In this document: one piece after another, positions 37,367-49,200 of the stretch
Layout: the number at the start of each line of letters is the position of its first letter
How positions within the stretch are numbered: position 1 is the stretch's first letter
Source: Atractiella rhizophila
Taxonomy: Eukaryota
Reading direction: 5' to 3'
Assembly: GCA_021432655.1 (NCBI GenBank)
Contig: MU271448.1
Span: 1-63,632 of the forward strand
Length of the DNA stretch: 63,632 bases
The notes under the pieces: model-generated
Told to the model about the DNA's origin: nothing
The model's database searches: none
The model's input: the letters and a program-made list of their open reading frames with translations, nothing else
Program-made: the position numbers and the translations under genes

Positions 37367-40055
37367 TAAGGGTTGATATCAGTTCAAAACTTGGATCTGG
37401 GTTCGGTGTCGTGGAAGAATTACGACGGGCCAGATGTTTTATGGGCCCAAGAGGAAAGAAACAAAAGCTGTCAGCTTTCATGTTTGCTCTCTCAAGTATC
37501 GAGAAGGTTGAGTGGAAGAAGGAACAAGGGTAGTATCCGACCTAGTTCATGGATGGAGCGCATATTCATCATGCCTCACGGCATGATGTAGAAGTGAATC
37601 TTTTCAGTGTCAACTTCATTTAATTATTGGAGAGATGATTGCATAAGATAATAAATTGTTATGTAGGTAGACCAGGCCACGCTGAAGGGAGTCGCACTCT
37701 CTCATCGTGAGTTCTGGCGTAGTCCGAGAGACGAACTTCAGACACAGCATTTTGAAAATGAGATAACAGCAACCAAGTAAAACTTGTTCCCTGGATTAAG
37801 CTAGCATCGATCCATGCAACATTCAACCCCAGTCCCTAATCTAGATGCCTTCAGCTTTTAATTCTTCCATCCCATCAGTTCTTGAGATCCTTCCATAAAT
37901 ATGTTCCTCTGAGATGCCGTGTCTATCTCAGTGATAAGAGGGAGACTTTGGACCAAGGAATGGTTGAAGATTTGAGGAGCAACACTGGACGGAAAGCTTT
38001 CGAAATTATCGACGGTGTGTCTTAAGGGTCAAGCTTTAAGCACGAATAAGTATAATGTGTTGATATACCGTTGATTGCGCCACATGTCTCTGCAAGTAAA
38101 TCGAAGAAACGAAAGTATTGGTCCTTTGTGAAAGGGAGAACTTGAATTGCCCCTTGCGACAGTGCCCTGTCAGCCTGTTGTAAATGGGAGAAGGGCAACA
38201 ATCACCAAACTAGCATACTGATCCAATACGATCGAATACATTTCTGAATGTGTTATCTAGGTTTGTAGACCAGAAAGCTTTTACTTGGCACGCCGCTGTG
38301 CAGTTTTGACAGACCACTTGGGAGGAAAGACTCAGACAGAAAGCAGAAATCAGGAAGGAGAACGAGACAGACCTTCGGAGTTCGAATATTCTTTTTATTT
38401 ATGGACATTATCAAAACTAGGTATAATTGGTATAATTGATATTGAGACCTTAGGACGAAGCTGTCATGATGGAAGGACAACGAAGGCTCACTCTCTCCCT
38501 CTCCGCAGAGAGTCAACTGCGAGGACTCACTACATCATGCATCATGCTTGTTGCTAAAACAAACTACTTTCTCATATCTGGCCCATAGCGTCCTTGTCTC
38601 TCTCAGCCAGATTGTAGCCTGACCGTCCCGATCCTTGTTGTTTACAGGTCCTAACCCTACAACGCCTCCGAAACCACAATGTCTTATGCCTTTCGGAGCT
38701 GGCGATGGATGGAGGCAAGTAGTTGAGTTCCAATCTCAAGCTTTCTCAGTGCGTGCCTTTCAAGAGGAATTTGCGAGGTGTGGAGGTGCTCTACCTAAGA
38801 TGCACAAGAATGTAAGGAACCGGTGACGTCGCTGTTCCGCCTCCCAAGCCTGCCCTCTTCCTTTCTTCCTAGTTGGTGCCGTGGTAACAGAGCAGCCTAA
38901 TGAAGCTGCCCATTCCGAAGTCACTGCGACGCCTACCCTTTGAGTTGAGTACGCTGAGTGTTGAAAGTTGAACGCTAACTCCATTTGCGCCGCAGCTAAT
39001 AGAGAGCCATTTCGCATTTAATATCCTTTCTACGTTGGTTCGCGCATTTGCGGCAGATGTTCTTTCCCCCTTCCTCCTCCTCATTTGTGCCTTCGTAACG
39101 CCGATGCGAATGGGTTCAGCTTTTCGTCAAGAACAGAATCGCAGCTTTCAATTATATACCCCGTATTTGCTGACTCGTGCAGTCGTAGTTGCCGTCATAC
39201 TCCACGCAGCTTCAAACGTCTTGCTCTCTTTGCCGAAGCTTCAGAATTTGTTCGTTGAACAACATGCTGACATTTGTTACCACTTCCTGAGATCCTGAGA
39301 TGGTGCTTGTGGTTTGACAAGAACGAGGGAATATTGCTCGTTGTCGTGCGTGGCAATGGCACACTATGCGGTACCCTGCTGCTTTTCTTGGCCAGTTGTG
39401 TTATTGGGTTGTCTGGTTCTGAATCAAATGCCGAGTTCATGCTATACCTTTGAACGAGCTCAGTTCTGTGAAGTTTAGGGCTTAAAGACCTTCAGGACTC
39501 ATGTTGACACTGTTTCAGCTTAGATGTATCCAATATCAGAACTTTGAATCGTTCCACTCGGCGCTGAGGTCAAGCTCTTCACAATAAATTACAATGGGAC
39601 TACTCATCGGTTACGGGCAATGAAGCTAGCTTCCTTTGGCAGAGCGATCAGGACAGTCCGCCTTTGCAGAGCATGCGGCAAAACGGAGACGACGGTGCTT
39701 TTCCCCTCACTACTCTTCGTCTGTAACAAAAAAGGTGGGCTCGTATTCGAGAAGTTGCTTTCACAAGAAGCCGTCTAGATCCCTAAGCTCCAGAGCTCCA
39801 GCTCCTGCGCGCTAGAGAGCTGGAATCTGCGGCTGGAGAGTGAGCCTGAAAACGGGAAATACGGGAGAGTTCCAACTTAATGGGAACTCATGCGTTCGGC
39901 GGTGCCAGTGATACACAACCCGAGATTCGTTGAATAGTTACCAGTTCAATTCATGAGTTCTCCACTTATTTTTGTCTTTTGTTGTGGGCGAAGCACAAGA
40001 AGTTGTTGCAAGGCACAAGGACAAGGATTCAGGTCCGCAAGGGCGTGGTTGGAAC

Positions 40056-40062
40056 TATAAAA
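40056..40062 (+). promoter_or_regulatory. Putative TATA box of the BAS2-like gene
   Basis: TATAAAA ~190 bp upstream of ATG 40247, followed by a CT-rich leader. Confidence 0.45.
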
Positions 40063-40246
40063 ACGAGCCTCTTCCAGAAACGCTTCCCCAAGCTAGGTAG
40101 AACCTGGAAGTGTTGTCCCTGTCTCAGTCCCCATATTCCTTACCCTTTCTCCCATCTATCGCTCAGTCGATCAAGGGTTGACCCTTCTTTCACTTCGGTT
40201 TCATTCTTTCAGTCAGTCAATCTACAGTCTGGTCAACTCTATCATC

Positions 40247-42023
40247 ATGCGTTCCTCCATCGCTCTCATCACCCTTCTCGTTGCCGCCGTCAGCTCCCTT
40301 CCCCTTCCCGTCCAGAGGTTGGTGCATTCCTGTTTGACGCCACATTCGTGTTTATGAAAGTGGCAATTTAGGCGTGCACCTCTTTCCCCCGATCCAGCCG
40401 GAACCGCAAACATCGGCAATGGACAAGGCAAACAGTTCATCACTGGCCAATGCCTGAGTGATAAGGATTGCGCCTCTGGCTGTTGCGCCGTCCTTGGTGA
40501 CATTGGTATCTGCTCTGGCCCCGCCGTTTCTTTCGCGCAAGGCAAAGCTGGCTGTGGCTTCGGCGGATCTGCCGCTGCTGCTCCCCCAGCTGCTTCAAAC
40601 CCACCCGCCTCCAGCGGATCAACCAGCGGATCGACCACTGCCGCTACTGGCCAGGCTGCCTCTGGTCTCAAACCTGACCCAGCCGGTATGACTGCTCCTT
40701 CAACTACTTCGAGAAGATGCGCTGACAATATCAACAGGTGTCAAGAACATCGGAAACGGTGCTGGAAGTCAGTTCATTGGTGGACAATGCCTTGGTCAAG
40801 CAGATTGCGGTTCTGGCTGTTGCGCGACCCTTCCTTTGACGGACGGAACGACCATTGGTATCTGCTCTGGACCTGGAGCTCAGACCCAAGCCGGAAAGCA
40901 AGGCTGCGGCTTCTCCTCCTCTGGCTCCACCTCTTCTAAGCCTGCAACGTCCTCAAACACCTCCTCCAACTCAGGAAAAGTTACTACCGCCCCTGCCTCC
41001 ACCACCCCTGCCACCGGTGCTGCCGCTTCCGGCCTCAAACCAGATCCTGCAGGTGAGCAACTCGTTCTTTAATGTGTCCACGCTGACACCATGAACAGGT
41101 GTCAAGAACATCGGAAATGGTGCTGGAAGTCAGTTCATTGGTGGGCAATGTCTTGGTCAAGCGGATTGCGCTTCTGGATGCTGCGCGACGCTTCCTTTGA
41201 CGGACGGAACCACTATCGGTATCTGCTCTGGACCCGGAGCTCAGACTCAAGCTGGCAAGCAAGGCTGCGGTTTCTCCTCCTCTGGCTCCGGCCTCACATC
41301 TTCTGCCCCTGCAGCCTCCTCAAACACTTCTTCCAACTCAGGAAAGGTGACCACCGCCCCTGCCTCCACCACCCCTGCCACCGGTGCTGCCGCTTCTGGT
41401 CTTAAACCAGATCCCGCAGGCAAGTAATCTGTTTAGTCCATTGAACATCGCCTTGACAGTCCGAACAGGTGTCAAGAACATCGGAAACGGGGCTGGAGGG
41501 CAGTTCATCACTGGTCAGTGCCTGAGCAACGCGGATTGCGGTTCCGGTTGTTGCGCTACCCTTCCCTTGACGGATGGTACCACCATTGGTATCTGTTCCG
41601 GACCTGGAGCTCAGACTCAGGCCGGAAAGCAAGGTTGCGGCTTCTCCTCCTCAACCTCGCTCACCTCTCCTTCCAAATCTCCCGCTGCCGCATCTCCAGC
41701 TCCAGCAGCAGGTTCTTCCGGATCTAAACTCAGCACCCCTGCTACCGGTGCCGCCGCTTCAGGGCTTAAGCCTGACCCTGCAGGTTCGTCTATGATTCAC
41801 CACTTTGCGCTCATTTTCTTACTGAATGGTGTCTGTAGGCGTGAAGAATCTCGGAAATGGTGCAGGCAAGCAGTTCATCGGCGGTCAATGCCTCAACTCC
41901 TCTGATTGCGGTTCGACCTGCTGCGCTACCCTTCCGCTCACGGATGGAACGACCATCGGAATTTGCTCTGGCCCAGGCGCTCAGACGCAAGCTGGTAAAC
42001 AAGGCTGTGGCTTCTCGGTTTAG
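40247..42023 (+). CDS. Secreted Cys-rich protein with five BAS2-like (biotrophy-associated secreted protein 2) repeats and S/T/A/P linkers, 6 exons
   Basis: Signal peptide MRSSIALITLLVAAVSS and a QRR Kex2-like site. Five copies of PDPAG..N(I/L)GNG.G.QFI.GQCL...DC.S.CCA...GICSGP....Q.GK.GCGF. Introns 40318-40371, 40686-40737, 41053-41098, 41420-41468 (GC-AG) and 41784-41838. Confidence 0.85.
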
Positions 42024-42292
42024 AGAACCACGATTCCCCTTGGCAAAGGTGTATATATAAATTTTTGTGAAGAATGGATCTTGATTCAGGGACGAAATCT
42101 GGTTATTACACTGCGCACTTTTATTATGCTGAGACTCCTTCCCGACCTTCAATATGGCATTCCCGTTGTCACCCCTGGGCAAAGAGCACGTTGTCGCATT
42201 TGCAAGCTTCGTCTCACGTTGTCATGCAAGGAACAGGCATTTGAATTAGTTCAGTTCCAGTATATGACATTCGTTATTGCTTCATCACCCAT

Positions 42293-43407
42293 TCACTTAG
42301 AAGTCACGGTCTGTAGCTGGACTGTCAAAGAGAGAGACTGAAACAAACTTCAGTGATGTCAGAAGAAAGAGGTGTGACTTACGGTCCCCCCTGAGATTGA
42401 GGTAATTGAAACTTTCACATCTCCAATTTGAAAGCTGTAAGGAGATCCTGGATCAGAGACAGGGTCCCAAAACTGGCCCTGTTGGCCGTCAGCTGCATAG
42501 CTAACGCGATACCAAGGCGAGTCGCCAATGTGGAAGACCTGCGTGGGGACATGGATCTCAACACCGAACCAGATATTGCTGTCAGTGGACGAAGTGTAGG
42601 TAGCGTAGTTATCGCAAGGAGTAGAGGCAAGATCGTTTGCGTTGTCGATCCACGCGAGATCACTAGTGCCGAGAGAGCCCTTCAAGGTTTGGCTAGGAAG
42701 TTGGGTGTAGTGGATGAAGGGATTGGAGCGCTCGTATTGAGATGTCAAAGTCCAATCGGTCGAGGTCAAATTCAGCCAATGGATCTGATAGTCAGGAGCG
42801 ACCCCACTAGTAAGAGCCGCCTGACGAATCTGTCTCTTCAACAGCGTTTTCGAGTCCGGTGCCTGATACTGCAGCTGTTTAACTAAGCTAACCTGTGGAG
42901 TCTTGTCAGTATAGAATTATAACGGGCGACTACACTCACTCCTGGCGTTGATAGGAGTAGCAACCCCAGCTCCAACAGTAAGTCCTCTGAAAGCTCCACC
43001 CCCATTTCTGCCAGGTCCTCTACTCCATTTTCAGCGGCATCGGCGACGAGAGTGTCACCAAGCCACAAATCTTCAGTGTCCATGATGAATTGAACAACGT
43101 CAGGTCCCAAGTCACCATCCTCCAATTCCAAAATCTCTCCCTCTTGAACAAGTTGGCCCAGTGCAGTAGGATCCCCCAATCCCTGAGCGAATTGTTGAAC
43201 TGCAGGTGTAACGGGTAAATTCTTGCCGTCTCCGGGTAGACCATAGTGCTTCTTCACTACTTTGGAACCTACACTCGGAGGTAAGGGGAGAGGAGAGGGG
43301 AGGGCAAGCTTTTTCTTGTCGGGAGCGACGAAATTTCTGCGCCACGTAGTGTCGGCAATCCCGATATACCAGGAGATGTTGTCATTCCACAGTACGAGAG
43401 ACGACAT
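42293..43407 (-). CDS. Uncharacterised ~330-aa protein with an acidic central segment and a beta-rich C-terminal domain, 3 exons
   Basis: GCCATG start at 43407 with TATAAAA ~45 bp upstream. Phase-0 introns (GTGAGT...CACAG and GTAAGT...TTCAG) give an open frame MSSLVLWNDNISWYIG...STPG|VSLVKQLQYQ...YQIHWLNLTSTDWTL...SGGT|SLSLTVQLQTVTSK*. Confidence 0.75.
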
Positions 43408-44667
43408 GGCTGATGAGCTAGTTGTGAAAAGAGGAGCTTGCAAAGCAGCTTTTATATCTTCAGAGTACGCTGGCCAGCCAACTTCTCATCTTCCTGCAGG
43501 AGCAGCATCACGCAGATACCAGAGAAAATCATTGGCTCCTGCAGGGTAGAGCAGCGCCATCGTCGCTGATACCAACAGAAAATCACCACCTGAGCTTCAC
43601 CATCACGAAGAATGGCCTTTGGTGAATTCCTTGGACCTGACAAAGGAAATCACTCTGTGACTGGAATTCCGCTGGCCCAATAATCGACATTTATCAGGAG
43701 TTGCTCAGCAGTCAGGTGAGTACCAGAAGATTTTCAGGTTGGTATTAATAGAATAGGTGGTAGGAGGTCTCCTAAGAGAAGAGAAGAGCCGCTCAACCCG
43801 AAAAGTTCAAAGATACATTTTCCTCCTCGATGTTTAGCAAATAATTGCATTACGTTGCGTGCGAATATTGCGTTGCGAACGCAATAAAAGCTGAATTCGA
43901 TATTCCTTGAGGAATCGTAACACAACTTGAAAACTGCAGGGAGAAATGTACCCCATTTCAAGGGTCACTTACTGCCAACGAACAAGCACAAAGTCGCGAA
44001 GTTCGCGTTGGAGAGGGCACAACCAAGTCGGTCTAGCTAGTATATCAAAGAACTAGGAACTCACTTCTCCGAGGCGATGCGTAATAGCCTCTTGCACCAC
44101 TCCTCCTTAGTACTTAGGGTTAAGATCAGAATGATTCCCATTGACATCTACACCATTCCAACATCACATCCAGCAGACATCAAGCTCATTCGAGCCTCAG
44201 CGTTTCGAGCGAGATGACAATAAAGTTTGACATAGAGCATTGAAACTTGAAGGATTGCGCAAGGGAGCTGTCGTTGCTCGGATATGTTCGGGAAGTATGG
44301 ATATTTGTGAGTGTCTCGCGTCTCGCGTCTCCCAGTCCACGAGCCTACGCTTGGCGAGCTTCCATGCTATCTCATTTCCAGTTTCTGGGGATTCATTGCT
44401 TATGAAGCTGTTCCATCATTACTTCGCCTAGATTTGTGGTCAACAAGAATCTGCTTGAATCTCCTCAAAGGAAAGCATTATGGTTATCCAGCTATTATAG
44501 TAATGCGACCCTTATGGCTCCTTTTGATTTCACCTCGAAGTGCTTTTATTCCTCCTCTGTTCTTCTTTATTGCAAAAGATTCTGATGTATACTTAGGCAT
44601 AGTGTGTAAAAATTGAACCACCTTGTCTTCCCTCCTGGGGCCTCCTTTAGGGATCCCTGCTTGCGTC

Positions 44668-45950
44668 ATGTTCCGACTCCGCTTCACCACCTTTCTTCTC
44701 ATTTTCGCGTCCGGGGCAGCTAGGCTCGTTGGAAACTACTTTCCTCAATTCTCTGAGGATTCCTGCTTTCCTCCCTCGCCCCTTAGTGGGATCCGGCTGC
44801 TTGCTTCTCCTGAGCAGTGCTCATCAGCTAAAGACCTCCTCTATGTCTCGCCTGAGGGGACAGCGACAGAACTTGTAAACGCCTTCGCTCGTTGGAGAGA
44901 ACAATGGCACGGTTTGCTCTTCCTTTGAGTCACAAGGAAGGAGCTAATCTCTTTGCATTAGATTCCGAAAAGTCATCTATTTTCTACTGGTCCCATTTGT
45001 TTCCTGTGGAAAAAAACCAAGCAGAAGCAACAGCAGAGGATGTAGAAGTGATGCTACTCACCCATCTTTCCATATCTCGCCTTCGTCAACTTTCCGCGCT
45101 GCTCTCCTCATGGGAAGGACCTGCAATCGTAGCAATCTACATTCAAGGTTTAACATGGGAAGTGGAACAACTGCACACGTTTCTCGCTTCGTTCCCTTCT
45201 CGGGAAGGGATATCTTGGGTTATATACAACAACGCCAATCAGAAAAGAGGATATCCGATCAACTGGATACGGAATATCTCGCTCTCTTTCGCACGCTCCC
45301 TCCGCCTCCATCTCCCTGGCAAGATATGGATATTAATGATGGACGTCGACTTCTCTTTTCTTCCCAGCTTGAATGCCTCCAGCGCTTACAACACAGTTCT
45401 CTCCTTTCTGACCTCCAAGTCAGCGCAAGAGCAAAAGAAAGGATACATCGTACCTGTCTTTCGCAACTCCAGTGGATCCATGGTGCCCACAGATCGTAAT
45501 GCAGGACACGGGCTATACCATCGATTTTTGGCCTTAGATTTATCACCTTCGCAAGATGAAGAAATCGAGGTAATCTACGCCCCGCAGTCCGAGCCTTACC
45601 TCCTCCTACCTCTCCCGTTGCATCCTCCCTTCGACACTCGATTCAGGACACAAGGAGGCGATAAACAATCCTTTGTGGCCGTTCTCAACAGCCTTGGATA
45701 CAGCTTCTGGCTTCCGCCGTTTCCTTCATCAGTGTCGGCGATTCATTGGCCGGAGGAGGAGGACGGGAGAGGAGAGAAGTGGTGGGGAGAGCCTGACGAG
45801 GAAGAGGACTCGAAACGGTTTGGTTACTTTGGAGAGTGGCAGAGAGACATGAAACACATACACGGATGGACGTGGAAGTGGCCTAAGGGGAGCGAGGCGG
45901 ACAAGCTTGGAAGCGAAGGGAGCTGGGGGAGAGGAATGATGGACTTTTGA
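44668..45950 (+). CDS. Glycosyltransferase family 49-like (LARGE GlcAT/B4GAT1-like) protein; probable intron ~44817-44863
   Basis: Hydrophobic N-terminus; VMLLTHLSISRL...WEGPAIVAIY, YPINWIRN, a DxD motif (MMDVDF), SEPY and PPFDTRF...GGDK. Confidence 0.75.
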
Positions 45951-46207
45951 GCGGCAAAAGATAAACTCTCATGTTGCTAGACTTCTTTGTCCCACATACC
46001 GTACTGGATTACAGCGCTCTACCGTGGATTCAATAAAATATCTCGATTGAATGAATTGCAAGGATACACAGTTCGATGATATATGGTACGTATAACCTAA
46101 GCACTCAGTTCCAATGAATGATAAAAACATGCAAATTGCTTTGCTAACAGCAGTTATCCACACTCATGAGAGAGAGGCTTGTATTCTCTCAATTGAAACT
46201 GACGAGT

Positions 46208-49200
46208 TCATGCGTAGAAGGTTCCCCCAACCAATAAATCTCTCAAGGACATAGATTGCTCTTCAGTGAAGGCTTTCTGATCCTCCTGCCAACTGTCTTG
46301 ATGCGATTTCTAATGATGAAAGTGAGACGACTATGTTGGCTTGATGAACGACATACCTTGAAAGCAGCTAGGCAGCGTTTCACAGTTGTCGAAATCGGTG
46401 CTGGCGCACTTACAAACTCTCCCATAGAGATCAACGTATCTGGCATCCACGGAGGCACCTCATAACTTCACGATACCACTCCATTAGCTCAGTAAAGTTA
46501 AAGTAAAGGGGAGACACACGGGAAGGCATCAATAAGTGCAGCACAACCGAGCACTCCAGAGTGGGCCATGATGAACAGGTCCTGATATCCCGGCGCTGTC
46601 CGCCGAGCAGGAAGCTTCACTTTCTTCACAATCGCCATGAATCGCTCCCGAAGCATGAGGATTGCCTGGCGTTGAGAACAACGGACGATCCCAGACAGGG
46701 ACGTTGCCGCAGCCTCCCGTACCTCAATCTACCGCACAGTCTGAATCAATCGCTACTATTTAAACAGGAGAACGGACTTTAGGATCCCTCAACAGCTCCC
46801 ATAGCAGATCCATGATCTCTTGGACTGAAGTGTCGTCTATGAGGAACAAGTTGTGGAAGTACAAAGCTGGAAAGAAATAAGTAAAAGTTACCGAAAAAGG
46901 GTACGCTACCTGCCTTGTAGCGTGGCTAAGACTTCCTGCTTTACTCGCCATGAGTCTGAGGTCGCGATGATTTCTAGCAGTTGTTTAAACAACGGCCGAA
47001 CGACATGCTGGGGGAATTCGAGCCTGGTGAAAAGTTAGGACGATGGGGGGAATCAACAGAGATCGTACGTAGAAATTGATCCCAACACATTTCCGGCCAT
47101 CGATACTAGCTCCTATACCACGTTTAGACGCGGCAGCAACTGATAGTAGATATGAAACCAACATCATTGTCTAAGATTTCTTGCATCCTGAACAGCTCCG
47201 GTAGCAGTTTCAGGACGTAAGGTAGTAAGATTGCAAATCTGAAGTCGTGCAGTCCTTGGAAGAGCCAGTTCAGAATAGTCATCGCGCCATTGTCGTACCT
47301 CTGCGAGCCTGTATTTGAAGGCTTTCGCACGCGGCGCCATTGTTTGAGCATTTCAGTGAGTTGGTCAAACTTCTCTTCAAGCGCATCGTCTTGCCCAATG
47401 AGAAGGAGTCCAGTTGTTGAATTGTGACAATCTCGGACAAGAGAGGGGATAGATGTGTAAGAGGGATGAAGGCGAGTCTCGGATAGATACTTGAGGTTGT
47501 CAGCGACCGCTGCGAGTCCAATTAAGTGATGTCATGACTACACATCAAGCAAGAGAAAACCGACCGTTTCGGACTTCTGAAAACGGATTGTCAAGGGCGT
47601 CCCAATACTCGGCAATGTAGCTCTCTGACCAAGGCAGGAAGTGCCATGATAGCGACTTCATGACTGAACCAACAAGATACTGTGCCTTGGCTTGACTAAA
47701 GGCATGCGAGGAGTCAGGGTCAATTCTTAAGCTCGTGACGTATTCAATGAGAGGAAGATTGCGCCGAGGATCCCTCTTATACAGGACGTAGTCGTAGAAC
47801 ATTTCCCATGAATTCTAAAAGATTGTGAGATGAAAGGGGTATAGGTAGCATAAGACACACTTGGGTATCTGGTGTGACTTTGTCGTAAATTTTGGACAGC
47901 CGAGGTGTTAGCCAGTTCCAGATTCGTTGCAAACGCTCCTTCGGCCAATGCTTACTTCCCCTGAGCAATCCTAGGAAAACATTGGACTAATCTCAACGAG
48001 TTGATTCGTGAATGCTTACCACCGAGCAGCTCTCCAGCTGCGCGTTGCTTGTGTCGATCTTCTTCCTCGATGAACTTCTCCAGAACAGGGAAGAGGAACT
48101 CCAATGGAGCATCTTGAAAGATTTGGAATCTGAAGGCAACATGAGCAAAAGCGAACGTACTTGTAATACTTACATTGACTTGATGACAGTCGCGTTGTCG
48201 TTCCTAATGGAGTTCATCAACGTATGTTTGAGAATCTAAAGTAAAATACCCTAGGTAATCGCGGGTATGCTCCTGTGCAAGGATGGCGGAGAAATCATCC
48301 CACCACTTCTGGCTGTGGATGACTCTCTTAAGCTCTTCTGTTGCAGCTTGTGACGTGCTGTCCCATGTGGGGAACGGAGCACCGTCTGGTGGTGCAGCAT
48401 AGAATTCGACTTCACTCCCCCATACCAACCAGCCAATAACCGTCTTGTCCATTAAGTGGCTACACGCAAAGTCAACAACGGCGCTAATTTTGAGGGATCA
48501 CGCACGTCTCTTCCTTCGATCCACTTGTAATGGGTTCTTTCAAGCTTCTAATGAACTTGTCCGTGAAATCGTCGGGGACGGGTACATCGAGATGAACGCG
48601 TCGCTTGAGAGGGTTTCGTGTCTTCTGCAGGAGTAACAGTTCACTGGAACCGCTTGCATCTGTATCTCCGTCAGGCACTTCGCATCGAATACGAATAGAA
48701 GGAATTCACATGAGCGAAGCTTCAGGAAGTGCAGCATCTTCGTAACACTTATCCCGCGCTGATGAGTATAATTTGAAGAACAGTAAGGAGCCAGAACTCA
48801 CGCCGCAAGGGAATGAGCGCGTATTGTCGGGATGTCTGAGACCATCTGGTTTACCATGAACGCAGCAGTGCCAGGATTCAAGGGCTATGGAGATTGGTCA
48901 AAGAGGTGGTTAATGGAAGAGAAAGGGACGAAACCATATCCCTCCGAATCAATGTTCGAATGAAGCGGATAGCAGCAAGTCGGTACCGCCAGTGTCGTCC
49001 AGGCTCTTGTGCAAATTTTAACAATTCTGGGATCTAGCAGCAGAATCAACAGGTGTCAGGTTTGAGATGATCAGAAGCTACCAAGTCAAGATACGCTTGA
49101 TCCCTGTGCTCAACGCGCTTTGCCCTTGTGCCACTGATTCGTTCAATTAACCCCTTGTCCTCCCCATATCGAGTATGCTTCTCAAGTTCGTTTGCAGCAG

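Noticed and set aside
40383..42023. Regularly spaced near-identical repeats superficially like a CRISPR array or satellite
   Set aside because: They are coding exons with synonymous variation, separated by spliceosomal introns.
44623..44928. Apparent frameshift at the start of the GT49-like gene
   Set aside because: A ~47-nt GT-AG intron (44817-44863) joins the two frames.
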